From the human T2T-CHM13v2.0 reference genome, Homo sapiens, in NCBI RefSeq assembly GCF_009914755.1, contig NC_060936.1: 64,000 bases of DNA; one strand, 5' to 3'. The notes beneath the pieces are model-generated. The model saw only the letters and a program-made list of their open reading frames with translations. It was not told where the DNA came from and ran no database searches. Positions 15,261 through 32,253 of the stretch are shown in pieces (the stretch's first letter is position 1; every line of letters starts with the position of its first letter). The translations under genes and the position numbers were made by a program.

Positions 15261-16540
15261 TGCATTTGCTTTCCCTGAAACTCTAGTGAGGTTGATCTTC
15301 TCTTAGGCATTGCAACCATCTGCATTTCCTCTTGAGTTGTTTGCTGTTAGCAGCTTAAAACAAAAGAGAACCAAGTTCAGTTCCAATGAGACCAATAAGA
15401 AGCTTGGCACAATGACAGAACCTGGTCTTTGGTCACTCTCTCCTGGCATGGACAAGATAATTCATTCCATAACTGCATAAAGATTTTCTGAACATCTTTC
15501 ATGCGGTAGGCTGATACTTTTCATTCCCTTTCATAATTCAATTTTTAAGTTGAGATGTTTCAAGTCTCCTCTTAAATGGTTTTATACCAATCGAGCTACG
15601 CTGTCTTGGGCAATAACAGTTTTGCTCATAACCACTAAGGATTTCCTAATTGTTCCAACCTCTCCCCTAAGACAGTATAGAGGATGAAGTAAAAACAACA
15701 GCAGTTATCGCCGATTTGGAGAGGCAGTGTCTGCAGGTCACTGGTTGAGGCATGAGTAAGAGCAAGTGCTTTAGAGCTGGACAAGACCTGGTTCAAATCC
15801 CAGCTCTGCCATTACTCTTCTGACCACCTTGGGCTGTGATTTAAACTCTCTGTACCTGGCTTTTCTCATCCCTAAAGCAAGGTCATGTTCATACCAGCCT
15901 CCTAGAACTATTGTGGCCATTCAGTGAGTTACTGTACACAAAGCACTTGGTACCTGCCTGATACATAGTAAGTGTTAATACATGTCAGCTTTATCATTAA
16001 CCTCCAGAGCTCCTTTTTATAAAACAAAGGAGGAGGACGAACTCCAAGAAACACCACCAAAGAAGTAATTTAAGCAATTATTTGAGTTGCTAGCAGTTCC
16101 AATGAGATTAATTTAACTGGATTTAGTGGCATTTTGCCTACACCTTTTGTACACTTAAGAAGGCCTCTTTGCCTGGGGTAATGCTGATTCTAGTAGCCCA
16201 CAATGAATTGCTTTCAAATAGCCCATCATAAAGCCTAAGGAAGTTCTGAACAGTGTCCCCTGATATTTTTCTTTGATGACACTGCTGCTGTTTGACCAAA
16301 AAAGGGGTGAACTATATTTCTATATTTATACATTTTTTGGCCTCCACTAAGTTTCTTACACATTGCAGGCTATGGCCATCACAGGTGGTGAAATGTGTCA
16401 CCTGGAACTAAATTCTGCTTTCTCTGGACAGACATATATATACACACACACACACACATACACCAGAAACCTGAATGGTCCCAATGTACAACAGCCAACT
16501 CAGGTTTTAGGGGAACAAAATCATTTTTAAGAAAAGAGAG

Positions 16541-16666
16541 TGAGATCGTGCCATGGCACTACAGCCTGGGTTACAGAATGAGACTCTGTCTTTTAAAAGA
16601 AAGAAAGAAAGAAAGAGAGAGAAAGAAAGAAAGAAGAAAGAAAGAAAGAAATAAAGGAAAGAAGGA

Positions 16667-16706
<40 letters not shown>

Positions 16707-16738
16707 GAAAAGAAAAGAAAAAAGAAAAGAAAAGAAAA
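16541..16738 (+). mobile_element. Heavily 5'-truncated Alu with expanded (GAAA)n tail
   Basis: About 55 bp of Alu 3' end, about 145 bp purine tail, TSD aagaaaag(g)agagtg. Confidence 0.8.
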
Positions 16739-17079
16739 GGAGAGTGTTCATGAGGTGTAGATTCTCTAACTTTTTTTCTCCAGGGGTGTGTAAGTGTGAG
16801 TTCAAGGCTCATGAAAGTAAGGGGCTGTCCAGGTGGCCCTGAGCCAGGTCTCACTCTGGTAGGGAAGATGCCAACTTCTCTGCCAACTCTGCCAGAACAT
16901 CTCACCCTTTCTGTTTTCTATGCCCCAGGCCAGGTCTAAGCGCCCAGGCTCCCAGAGGGGCTTTATAAGGAAGACAAATGTCTCTTTAACGGTGGCCTTA
17001 ATTAGGGATTTCAGCAAGGTCTGGATGGGTAGGAAGGCAACTGATCTAGCCACCCTACCCTGGCAATACTCCTCTTTGA

Positions 17080-17915
<836 letters not shown>

Positions 17916-18003
17916 CACCACACGTGAAATTCAAGTCATCCCTTTGTCTTCCCTTTGCCCCAGTGACAGGTTTCTTGGGCTTCTCTAGTCACGTGGGTAC
18001 TAA

Positions 18004-18433
<430 letters not shown>

Positions 18434-20215
18434 TCATCATCAATTGGTTTTTTAAATTGTGAGCACAATTTCTCTATTTTCAGATGCGCTGACTGCAAGA
18501 GTCTATCGTGGATGGAAATGGAGTTTGTGTATAGAGTCACTCTGTTGCTGCTGTCGGTACAGATCGCTTCCCCAAGGAAATAAATTACATTTCATTCTCT
18601 ATATATTGTTTACTTTATAGTCTCTTGATCTTACTTTGCTGACTTCTTGTTGTAGATTTTTCAGTAGCTTGCTTCCCACTTAATCACAACAGGTTCTGTA
18701 AATGTTAGCAAGTTGTGTTATGGGGATTTGCTACCAGCATTTCACAACGGTTACTGAACATATAAACCCCTTCTTTATTCTACCAAAAAAAAAAAGCCTT
18801 AGTAAATATTCCCCTCACTTACAAAAAAATATAGACCCCTAAAATGATTTCCCAATGAGCAGATTTTATTTCATGTTAACCATGCAACAACTGGAAACAC
18901 ATTTAGGGTTGTTCTGTATTTGTGGTTTTATGAGGAGTTCACTGTTTACTTAGCATGTGCATTTCTGATGAGCCTGTCCATTATAATCTAATCCGTCACT
19001 ACTCAAAATTCTAACAGAAGAAAGACTTTCTTCTCCCACCTCCTGGCAGAGCTAGTCAGCCAAGACACACCCAGTTATACTACTCCTTATCATGCCATCT
19101 TTTCAGGAGGCTCTTTTCTGAGTGTGTTTATCAGGCTCATTTTATGCTAGGCATCTAATCTTCCCAACTATCTTGGAGATAAGGCCTATCCCAGAACCCA
19201 TTTTACAGATGAGATAACTGAGGCCCAGAGAGATGAAGTGATTTGCCCAAGGGCACACACCCTGGAAGTACAAGGCAGCACATGAACTTTGGCCGCTACG
19301 ACCTCCTGTACTAAGATGAAGCTGAGAGAACTCCCCTGCCCCCAGTGCTTCAGATACTCTCTGCCCCTTGTTCCAAGTTCTCCGCCTTTTTTACCAGCCA
19401 GGTGTGACCCCCCACCCAGTTGTCTTACAGGGGCCTGCAGCAATACAGCTGGGCCACTTAGCAGCCACCCACTCTTAAGTGGCCTCACCATTCGGAGACT
19501 CCACTTTCTCATCCATAATGTGGGCGTAATTATATGGACCTCACGGGAAAATCAGTAATAATGATAAGCACGGGCATGTTTACTAAGATCTTTGAATATG
19601 CCAGGTACTGAGCCAGGTACTTTGCACCATGGTCTTATTGAATCCTCCCAACACCCCTTCGAAGTAGATACTATTATGATCCCTCTTTATAGATGAGCAA
19701 ACTGAAGGACAAAATGAAATATCCAGAATGTGCCACCACCCAAACCCAAGCCACGGTCCCTTTGTTGCTCTCACTCCTTCTGCCCCCAGCCCTCCTAAGT
19801 TCTATTCTCCACATGGCAACCAGTGGGATCCTGTTCAAACCTAAGTCCTATCATGTCACTCCACTGCTTTAAACTCTTCCATGGCTCCCATCTCACTCAG
19901 ACACGTCGCCATGGCCTGTAGGGTCCTATGGAAACAGGCTTTGTGCTCTGGCCCTCAGACCTCATTTTTTCCAGCCTTCCCAGTGCACACCCTGCTACAG
20001 GCATGCTGATTGCCCCAAGGCTGTTTCACACACTCAGGTCCCTTGCAGAGCCCTTTTCCCCAGGGCATTCATACAGCTCCCTTCCTCGCTTCTGTTGGGT
20101 CAGATGTCCCCATGTCAGAAGCCCTCTTAGACCACTGCACTGAAAACATCATGCCCCTCCATCTCACACCCCTCACTATGTTTACTTTTCTCTTGGCATC
20201 TAGAGTCACCTGACT

Positions 20216-21229
<1,014 letters not shown>

Positions 21230-21879
21230 TTATCTTTATATATTTTTGCCTGTCTTCCGCTCCCTCTATTAGAATGTAAACCCCTTGAGGGCAGGGTCTT
21301 GAGGGGTTTTTCCCCTGTTTGTTTACTGCCATATCCACAATGCCTATAACGTTGCTGGCATTTAACAAATATTTGCTGAATGAAGGAATACACAATAATC
21401 CAGTACTATACAGTAAGCCCCCACCAGTGCTTGGCATAAAGTAAGTGTCAATAAATGCTAAGCTGTTATCATCAGAGGCGTTAAACCACCTTGGGCCACA
21501 GGCAGCTCTTCTCCTTGGCAGGAGGACGAGGGCCTTGTCAACTCCAAGCCTCACTCTACCTCTGTCCAGAAAAACTCACTTCCGTGGGAGCAGGAGCGCC
21601 AGTACCTCCCACCAGCAGCTGAGAGGGGACAGTAGCACTTTGCCGCTTGGCCTGGGGTGAGGTCGGGGGTCACCAGACCACAGAGGAGGGAGTTTTGTAG
21701 GTTTCCTGAGGAGCTGCAGGGGTCAAACTGCATCTTCAGCACCTGAAGCAGACAACTGCTTCCCGAGCCAGAATTAGGATCAAATCATAGTCTAAGTATC
21801 TCCAGTAAGTTCTGTGCCCCCACCACAGCAACCTGGCTAGCACTGGGAATTAAATTTTGTATAATAATCTGATTTTCTC

Positions 21880-23075
<1,196 letters not shown>

Positions 23076-23265
23076 TTTTTTCCCTGCCTCTTGCTTTTTA
23101 TTTCCTAACCTAAGAAATATATATTGCCTGATAATATGTATTTATTTGCTTGTGAAATCTTTCCCACTAGAATGTAAGGACATGGTCTCCTTTGTTCACC
23201 ATTGCATCTTTTTTACCTAGGACAATGCCGTGCACATAGTATATGCTCAAGAAATGTGTGTTGGG

Positions 23266-23371
23266 GGCCCGGCATGGTGGCTCATTCCTGGAATCCCAGC
23301 ACTTTGGGAGGCCGAGACAGGCGTATAGCCTGAGGTCAGCCTGGTTAACAGGGCGAAACCTGGGCTTTACT

Positions 23372-23402
<31 letters not shown>

Positions 23403-23590
23403 AATTAGCCAGGCATGGTGGCATGTACCTGTAATCCCAGCTACTTGGGAGGCTGAGGGACAAGAATTGCTTGAACCCAGGAGGTGGAGGTTACAGTGAA
23501 CCAAGATTGCGCCACTGCACTCCGGGCTGGGTGACAGAGCAAGACTCTGTCTCAAAAAAAAAAAAAAAAGCAAAACAAATAAAAGAAAAT
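23266..23590 (+). mobile_element. Alu (S-type) with expanded A linker
   Basis: Dimer; TSD aaatgtgtgttgg. Confidence 0.9.
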
Positions 23591-26371
23591 AAATGTGTGT
23601 TGGATGAATGAGCCCCATGGACCTTCTTCCACGTGAGGGCAAGTAGATACATATCATTAACCCGCAAGACAACATCATGGATTCCACTACTGGGTGTGTC
23701 TCACCTGACTCCACCATTCCCTTATTAGTGGGTCCTTGGTGCTCCTCTGTTTTTCACTACTACAAACAAGGCTACATCCATGAGCTTGCATAGTTATTTG
23801 CAAACTTGCATGAGTTTTTCATTAAAACAAACTTCCAGAAGTAGAATTGTGGGTCAAAAGACATGAAAGATTGCAATTTTGGTAGGTTTTTGCAAAAGGT
23901 GATACTGATTTATACTTCCACCAAGAGTGGGGGAGGTTACCTGCTTCAGAAGGGTCCTTGCTTCACTGCAGCCCTGCCTGCACTGAGTATTACTGATGGA
24001 GATGAATATCAAATCCATGTTGCTGAGGGGCTCAGAATCAGCAAGACCAGCGCCTCCCTAATTATTGGATTTGTTACAGGCGTCCAGTCTCCTGGTCTCC
24101 TGAGAGAATTGTGGAAACTGACATAGGATTGACAACTTCTTGTTTTGCTAAGAAAGAATCAAAAATCAAAATAAAACCAAAGCTACTATCTACAAAACAC
24201 AGTACCTTCTCTCATCTTATAAATAAAAGGACATTTTACTGCATTGAAAAATTGGAAAGGCAAACTCTGAGAATAAAAGAAATCAAATTGTAATACATTT
24301 GAACTTTGGTTTATTAGTATTATGTTATTACTATTTCACTGTGAACTTGGGGAAAGAATGCAGCAAGGGGCTTGTGGATGGGTTTGGATGGAAGCCTAGT
24401 TACTACCAGTAGGCCTGCGTAGGTGACCCTGTGAGGGATCTAAATGAGAACAAAAGGTAGTTGGAAAAAAAATGAAACTGAACAGGGGAAAGAAATGAAA
24501 GTGTTACAATTAGCTAATTGGGCCCAGTTCTTCTGGATATAGCTTTATCTCCCCCACTGTGCGCAGAGCTCTTCTCCACATCAAAGACCACTCGCACGCC
24601 TGGAGAATTGGAACCGATGTTTATGGAGTGCTTTGAAGATGTAAAGTACTGTTTAAATGCTAAGTATCATTATTATTACTTTACATTTTAAATACCTTTT
24701 TTTTTTGGTGGGGATTTTTAATACGTTTGCAATTTGATTTAATGTGCGAGCAAGCCTGTCTGCTACATCATACTTCAATTCTGGCTTAGGTGAGGCAAGG
24801 AACCCAATGTACCTTTGGAATACAGAACCAAGCTCACCACCTTGTCCTTGTAAATTGTGTTTTCCAGGAAGATGAACACTGTCAATCAGATGCTGTCAGT
24901 TTATGTAAGAACATGTCTCAAGATCTAATTGAAATACAGTATCTTTCCAGGCAGAGTTGATAGAGTTATCACATTACAGATTTTATTTGACTCTGCATCT
25001 CAATTCATTCCTTTGTATAGTTTCCAGATTTCTTCATAAAACAGAAATTAGACACAGTCTTGACATTAGAATTTCACGAAGAAGCAATCAAATCCAAATT
25101 ACTTCCAAGAAAGAAAGGACTATAAAAGTAACTAAACAAAATGAAAGAAAAAGACATTCTGGAGGGCCCTAGTTCATGAATTAATTTTGTTATTTGGTTC
25201 TTGGGACAAATCCAACTTAATTTAAGAGGTTGCCAGACATAAAACACAAGGAAAAACTTTTGCCTCTGTGGCCAGCAGGAGCTTGGAGAGAAACACGGTA
25301 AAGTTTGAAAGTTTTGTTTACTTTTCATCTTTGGTTTTGCATAGAACTCAGACAATAAACTGGTCACTATCCCTTCTTCAGCTTATAAAGACTTGACTGG
25401 TCAGTATCCCTTTCATGTGTTCACTGTGTGTTAATAGATTTTTTTTCCAGCATTGGTGGGGGATTTTTTAAATTAAAGAATCATCAAACTTAAATGAATT
25501 CCTGGACATAAAACTTGGATCCAAAATGGAACATAGTCATTGGACCTTTTCAATTTCCTATGGTAACCAAAGACCAAACTGTGTTTTAAAAACTGTTGTA
25601 GTAATGAGATTCACAAGAGGTATCGAGTTACTAAGTGGCTTTTAGCCTCTTTTGAAACTAAAGTAAAGGAAAATCTCATTAATTTGAACTGTGCTAATAA
25701 TGGCATTTGTTATAATTCAACCTGGCCTGAGCTGCAGTTTACCTTTAGTCTACCTGTGAAGAAAAGTTTACCAGAGTAACTGTGTCAAGAAGATTGTACA
25801 GGGCGCATTCCATGTCTTCAAAAGAGTAAATTGCCGTAAGGCTTTTAGCACCTCACTCTTACCCAAATAAATTCCTGCCAAATCCAGATGAGTTTTAAAT
25901 GTTGATTAGAGCAGAAGAAAAGTACTACTACTTGGAAACCCTTTCTTTGTCAGGGTCTCCTCTGTACTCAAAAGGAATAAAGGTTCATTTTGTTTAAGGA
26001 TTCTAAACAGTCTCTTTAATACAGAAAGACCTCTTAACCTGCCCTTCACACCAGTTGTTATGAACGCATGAGGCTTCATTGAAGCAGTAGCAAAGATCTG
26101 TAATTACAAGCACTAACAAGGGAATGAACTCAAAGGAATGTTTTTTCCCACTTGTATGTGTCAGGCCATGAGCTTAGCACTTTCTGATTTCTTTACATTG
26201 TGCCTGGTGCCTGGTTACCAACAGATTCTTAGCAGAGAATCATATTTACTATTAATCTGTATCTTTTTCCAGCTATACCAGAATATTAACATCCATTGGC
26301 CTCATTGGCATCAATGGCCAGGTAAAAGATTGTCAAAGGAAAAGGAGGGACCTATGTATAAAGAAATAGAT

Positions 26372-26692
26372 AATAGATGATAGACAGATGGATGGAAGAG
26401 TAGATAGATAGTAGGCGAAGAGAGATGGATGGATGATGGAGGTCAGATGAATGGATGAATAAATGATGGAAAATGGATGGATGGGTAGATGGATGGAGGA
26501 TGGAAGATGGATGATGGAGGGATGGAGGATGAAGGATGAGTGGATGGAGGATGAAGGATGGGTGGGTGGATGGATAATGGATGGATGGATGGATAGATGA
26601 TGGATGGATGGATGGATGGATGGATGAAAGGATGGATGAATGGATGAATGGGTAGATGAATGATGGATGGATGAATGGATGGATGAATGGGC
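26372..26692. repeat. Degenerate (GGAT/GATG)n tandem repeat
   Basis: About 320 bp of ggatggatgaat variants. Confidence 0.93.
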
Positions 26693-27800
26693 AGACAGAA
26701 CTATTCAAAGCAAAGAAACTTTAAACATACTATCCAGGTGTCAGTGAGTAATTTTTCTTTCCATTTCTTCAGTTTTCCATTGAATCAAGGACAGTGGCAG
26801 GGCACATTGGATATCTATGAAACAAGAATGGCACAGCCCTTCTGGCTATCGCAGTGGACTCTGTATCTGGAGCTCATCAGATGAGGTCCAAAGTCTGTAA
26901 GAAACCAACAGGAGGAGCTGAAGCAGGCTAGATCCCAGTCTGTTAGGGAAGCTGGAGAAAGGGTCAGTGTGGCGGCTGCATGCACCAAGTAAACACAGAG
27001 GTTCTGCTAACTTGAAGGATTGGTTTGATACTGTGATGCTTGAGTTTTGTTTTCCTTCCCACAGTATTACTTAATGGATGTAATTTAATGGGTGCCAAAA
27101 GTCTCCAAATCTCTCTTCCCTACTAGAAGGAAATGCCTTAAATTCTCACCATTCCATTCACATTTTTTTAATTCAAAAAGCTTTTTGCTTTATTAGATTA
27201 TAAAAATAACATTAACAAGTAAATAAATAAGATAAAATGAGAGAGCAAAAGGAAAAGAAACGCAAGCTCTCCATTAAATATTCAAACAATATGGAAGAAT
27301 ATTAATGAGCAAGTGAAAATGACCTACAATTCCATCATTCCATGATATGCACTACTAACATGTTGAAAAATATCTAATGAAGCAATAAAAGCAGTATATT
27401 TAAAGATCTACCATGCTCCAGGCACTGGATTACAGGGGACAATGTTTGTCCTTTGGGACTTCATAAGCTTCTGAAGGAAACAAATGAGGTATTATAAGTG
27501 TGATGAGTGTTTTGCAACTTGTTTTCTGCACTCAACAACGTGTCATAGGCATCTTCGTGTGTGTGTGTGTGTGTATGTGTATGCATATATCAGGGATGAA
27601 AATATCACTAAGTATTTATCAACTTTTCACCTATTCTTTCTTCTAAAGAAGATTCTGCCTTTGCCTCCCTAATCCCTAGACCTTTTGTTGGACCCATCAG
27701 GGACTGGAGAAGCTAAGAGTGAGTACATTGACTTGCAATTTGCACAAGGAAGGACCTGAAGCCACCTGGGGTAGAACAGAGTAGATCAAAAAGGGAGTAA

Positions 27801-28123
27801 GGCCAGGCATAATGGCTCATGCCTGTAATCCCAACTCTTTGGGAGGCTGAGGCAGAAGGATCACTTGAGCCCAGGAGTTTGAGCTTGCAGTGAGCTATGA
27901 TGGTGTCACTGCACTCCAGCCTGGGCAACAGAGCAAGACCGTCATCATTACAAAAATTAAAAAAAAAAAAATTAGGCATGGTGGCACCTGATTGTGGTCC
28001 TAGCCTCTCAGGAGGCTGAGGTGTGAGCCCAGGAGTTCCAGGTTGCAGCGAGGTATGATGGCACCACTGTACTCCAGGCTGGGCCATACAACAAGACCCT
28101 GTCTCTTACAATTAAAAAAAAAA
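27801..28123 (+). mobile_element. Old Alu composite (monomer plus J-like right arm)
   Basis: Two Alu-like arms, each with a 3' end and A-rich tail. Confidence 0.8.
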
Positions 28124-28574
28124 GTGGGGAGGAGTGGATGAATGAAGAAGGAAAGAGTGCCTGAAGAAAAGAATATAATAGCCCACACTGAAATTGGGAG
28201 GAAATGAGGAGAAGCATTTAAGGAAGTAGCTGTTACAATGAGGGAGACTTGAGGATCGTACGGATTGCTCAAAGAGGCTTCAGTTCAGATATCAATTATT
28301 TTCCAATGCTGGTGATTCTTTGGTATGTGATTCTTTGGTTGAGACTGGCCACAGTTTGGCTCATTGTAGTCTGATAGCACATAAAACTACCTCATTCTTT
28401 TTGATGGCTGTATAGTGTTCCATTGTGTGAGTGTAAACAAACTTTATTTACTCCTTTCCCTTTAGGCTGAGATGTAGGTCATTAGATCTATTTTTGCTAT
28501 TAAATATAGACACTGTGATGGACATCTTTCCAAATAGGCTTACTTCTAAAAAGTGAAAGATAGGTAGGTGAATG

Positions 28575-28713
28575 AAGACAGGGAAATAGGAAAGAAAGGA
28601 GAAGAAAGAAAGAAAAAAGAAACAGCAAGAGAAAAAGAAAGAAAGGAAAGAAAGAAAGAAAAAGAAAGAAAGAAAGAAAGAAAGAGGAAGGAAGGAGGGA
28701 AGGAAGGAAGAAA
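28575..28713. repeat. GA-rich polypurine tract
   Basis: (GAAA/GGAA)n. Confidence 0.9.
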
Positions 28714-28714
28714 A

Positions 28715-29070
28715 AACTGTGGTTTATCTATACAACACAATACTACTCATTCACAAAAAAGAATGAAATATTGATACACAAAACATGGATGAATCTAAAA
28801 TTAATTACACGAATGAAAGAAACTTCTGTATGTTTCCATTTCTATAAAATTCTAGAAAGAAAACAGACCAGTAGTTGCCTGGGTACTGGGATGTGGGACA
28901 GGAGAGAGGGATGACAAAGGGGCATGAGGCCATTTTTGGGAATGATCCTATATTAATGATCTTGATTGTGGGATAGTTTCACAGGGGTACACATAAGTTA
29001 AAATTATTAAACTGTACACTTTAAACATGTGCAGACTATTGCATGTCTGTTATACCTTAATAAAACTAAT
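28715..29070 (+). mobile_element. Old L1MC/ME 3' end
   Basis: aaactgtggtttatctatacaa...acatggatgaatct...tataccttaataaaa. Confidence 0.7.
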
Positions 29071-29423
29071 AAAGTAGATGATGATAGGCAGACAGATGGG
29101 AGTGGCCTTTTAAGGTGAACAAGAGAAGAAAGGGGACCCAGCCGAGTGATTTAGGAACAGTTGGCTTGGGGCCTGGGGAGAAAGGCAGAGAGTATACTGT
29201 GGATTTCTGTGGGACACCACAGTGCAGAGGGGTGTTTTTAGAGGGCAGCCCTGATAAGATAGCTTCTAGGATTGAGGAGATGGGCAAGGCTAAGACCCAA
29301 GTCCCACCTCATACTAATTTCCCAGCTGCAGCATAGATCTGTTTTTGACCCCTCTGCAATACAGAACTTGAAGTGGTTAAAAGGCTGGGGCAGCCCTAGG
29401 TTCGTGTACTAGCTCTGATCCTT

Positions 29424-29740
<317 letters not shown>

Positions 29741-30064
29741 TAACTTTGTGGACTTGGCAGGTGAAGCCCCCTTTCTGAGCCTCAGTTTTCTCATCTGTAA
29801 AATGGGGATAGTAAGTAGTACCTACAATAAAGTGTTTGCGAGACATTGTGAAATAAAGGCACAGAGTGCTTAGCAAACTGTGTGACACATAGTGGGCACT
29901 GAATAATAGTTTATTTTATTTTTTTATACAGTATTTAAGAGATTAAGAGCTGGGACTCTGGAGTCAGGCCAACCCAAATTCAAATCCCAGATAATCGACT
30001 TTGAGCAGGTGACTTAAATTCTCTGAGTTTCATCTCCTCATCTATAACCTGGAGACGATACACA

Positions 30065-30535
30065 TGCATTGGTTAAAAGCCTGGAAGGAAACAGAGGGCA
30101 CACTCAAACTGAGTAATTTGAGGAGAGTTTAACATAGAGATTATTTGCACAGGTGTGGGCAGAATTTAGGACTATCAACAGGGTAGAGTGTGATACCTGG
30201 GTTGGCAAAGGGAGGTGCTGTTACTACCCCTGGGCTTGCAAGGACTAGAAGGGTCAATTGCCAAACCTGAAAAGGCGGAGCTGTATGGAGAAGGTCACCC
30301 AACAGGAAATGTGGCATTTGGAAGAGGCACAGCCAGTCCATGGCAACATAGAAAGGAGAAGTGTGGGGGACAAGTGTCCCAAACTCATTGTCTTCCTTCC
30401 TCCGATCTCCTGCCAGTGCCTCTTCTCTCCTTAGACAAACCCAACTAGGGGCCAGAGGGCCAGGGAGCCAACGGGAACAGCTCAGCCCCAAAGGTTCAGA
30501 GTAGGAGGACAAAAGGATGAGTGAACCTAGAGGGG
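30065..30535. mobile_element. Old ERVL-class solo LTR (subfamily uncertain)
   Basis: ggaaacagagggcacactcaaa...gaggagagtttaa...caggtgtgggcag...ctgttactacccctgggc resembles an ancient LTR consensus from memory. Confidence 0.5.
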
Positions 30536-31647
30536 CGAAAAGATTAAATTCAATAGGTAAAGGTCCAATCTCATGGGATTAATAGCAACTCCTGAGTAAT
30601 CAATGAGATCAGGTTAATAAAGCATCTAGCACATAGTAAGGCTCCCCTAAGTGGCAGCAGCCCATGGTTACCCTGGAACCAACCCTAGCTAGATTCTCAG
30701 GGTTGCTGCCTGGCCAGCCTTGACCCAACCCACAGTGCTGGGAATGGAACAGAGCTGATCTTCTCCTACTTTCTGTGTTTACTTAGAGAAAACTTGGCTG
30801 CTTAGAGCCAGAAGAGGTTGACTGTGGTTTTCTGCAACAGCTGGGGGTGAGGGGAGGCAGAGAGAGGGGAGCTGGAACATATTAGGACTCCTGAAAGCCA
30901 AGAGACCCCAGAGCCCGGGAATCTGAGAAGAGTCCACACGCAGAACAGCATTTGCTTGCTGTCACTTTGCCAAGAGATTGTGGATTTCAGGGCTGAGTGG
31001 CAAGTCCTGGGACCTCATCCCCAGGAGGCAGGGCCACGGGGCTGCACCCAGGGCCGGCTATGTGGAATGTGCTGCTCTTGGAAGCGACTGAGGCTCTCGC
31101 TTTTTAAAATTGGCCTGTAAATCTCCGTATAGTTTTCAGGGTTTAGGAATTTTATTTTATCTGGATTAAAGTCATGTTCTGCTTTGGCATCGGAAGGCGT
31201 TTATGACTGTTAAAACAAGAAATGAAAAATATAGGCTTGGAATCAGAGAGGCTGCCTCCTGCCAGACTTTTAGGGGTTTGTCTTGGGGGCCAGGCTGAAG
31301 GTTTTCTGCCCCTTCTCTGACTGCTCTGGTGTTTCTTGATAAAGTTGGGGCTGCCTGAATCTGAGCAGCAAACGCAATAGCCTGGGAGGGTCTGTTAGGA
31401 AGGAAACCTTTTTCTTTGCTTAGGTGAGCTCTACCAGTCTCTGTTTTCCCCCTCTAGGGAAATGTACACTCTCTGGAGCATTGTTTAAAGGGTTTTCTCA
31501 CATTGCCGGCACCTGGCTGCACTTGGTCTAGGAGGCAGATGGCTTAGGACTTTTGATTCATCAGGGCTTGGGATGACTTTACATTCCCCCAAATTGCCAT
31601 TTTGGGCAGGATTTACATAACTGAGATTCCAGCTTTCTTTGGCCTAG

Positions 31648-32253
<606 letters not shown>

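Noticed and set aside
18545-18565. RE1/REST-like motif gctgctgtcggtac
   Set aside because: Only a partial half-site; the GTGCTGAA half is missing.
26352-26708. His/Pro/Ser-rich 118-aa ORF, and Lys/Glu-rich ORFs at 16.4-16.9 kb and 28.5-28.8 kb
   Set aside because: Translations of simple repeats.
30640-30660. CTCF-like site (also at about 53356 and 61393)
   Set aside because: Each departs from the core consensus in spacing or key bases; cannot be supported without a PWM scan or ChIP data.
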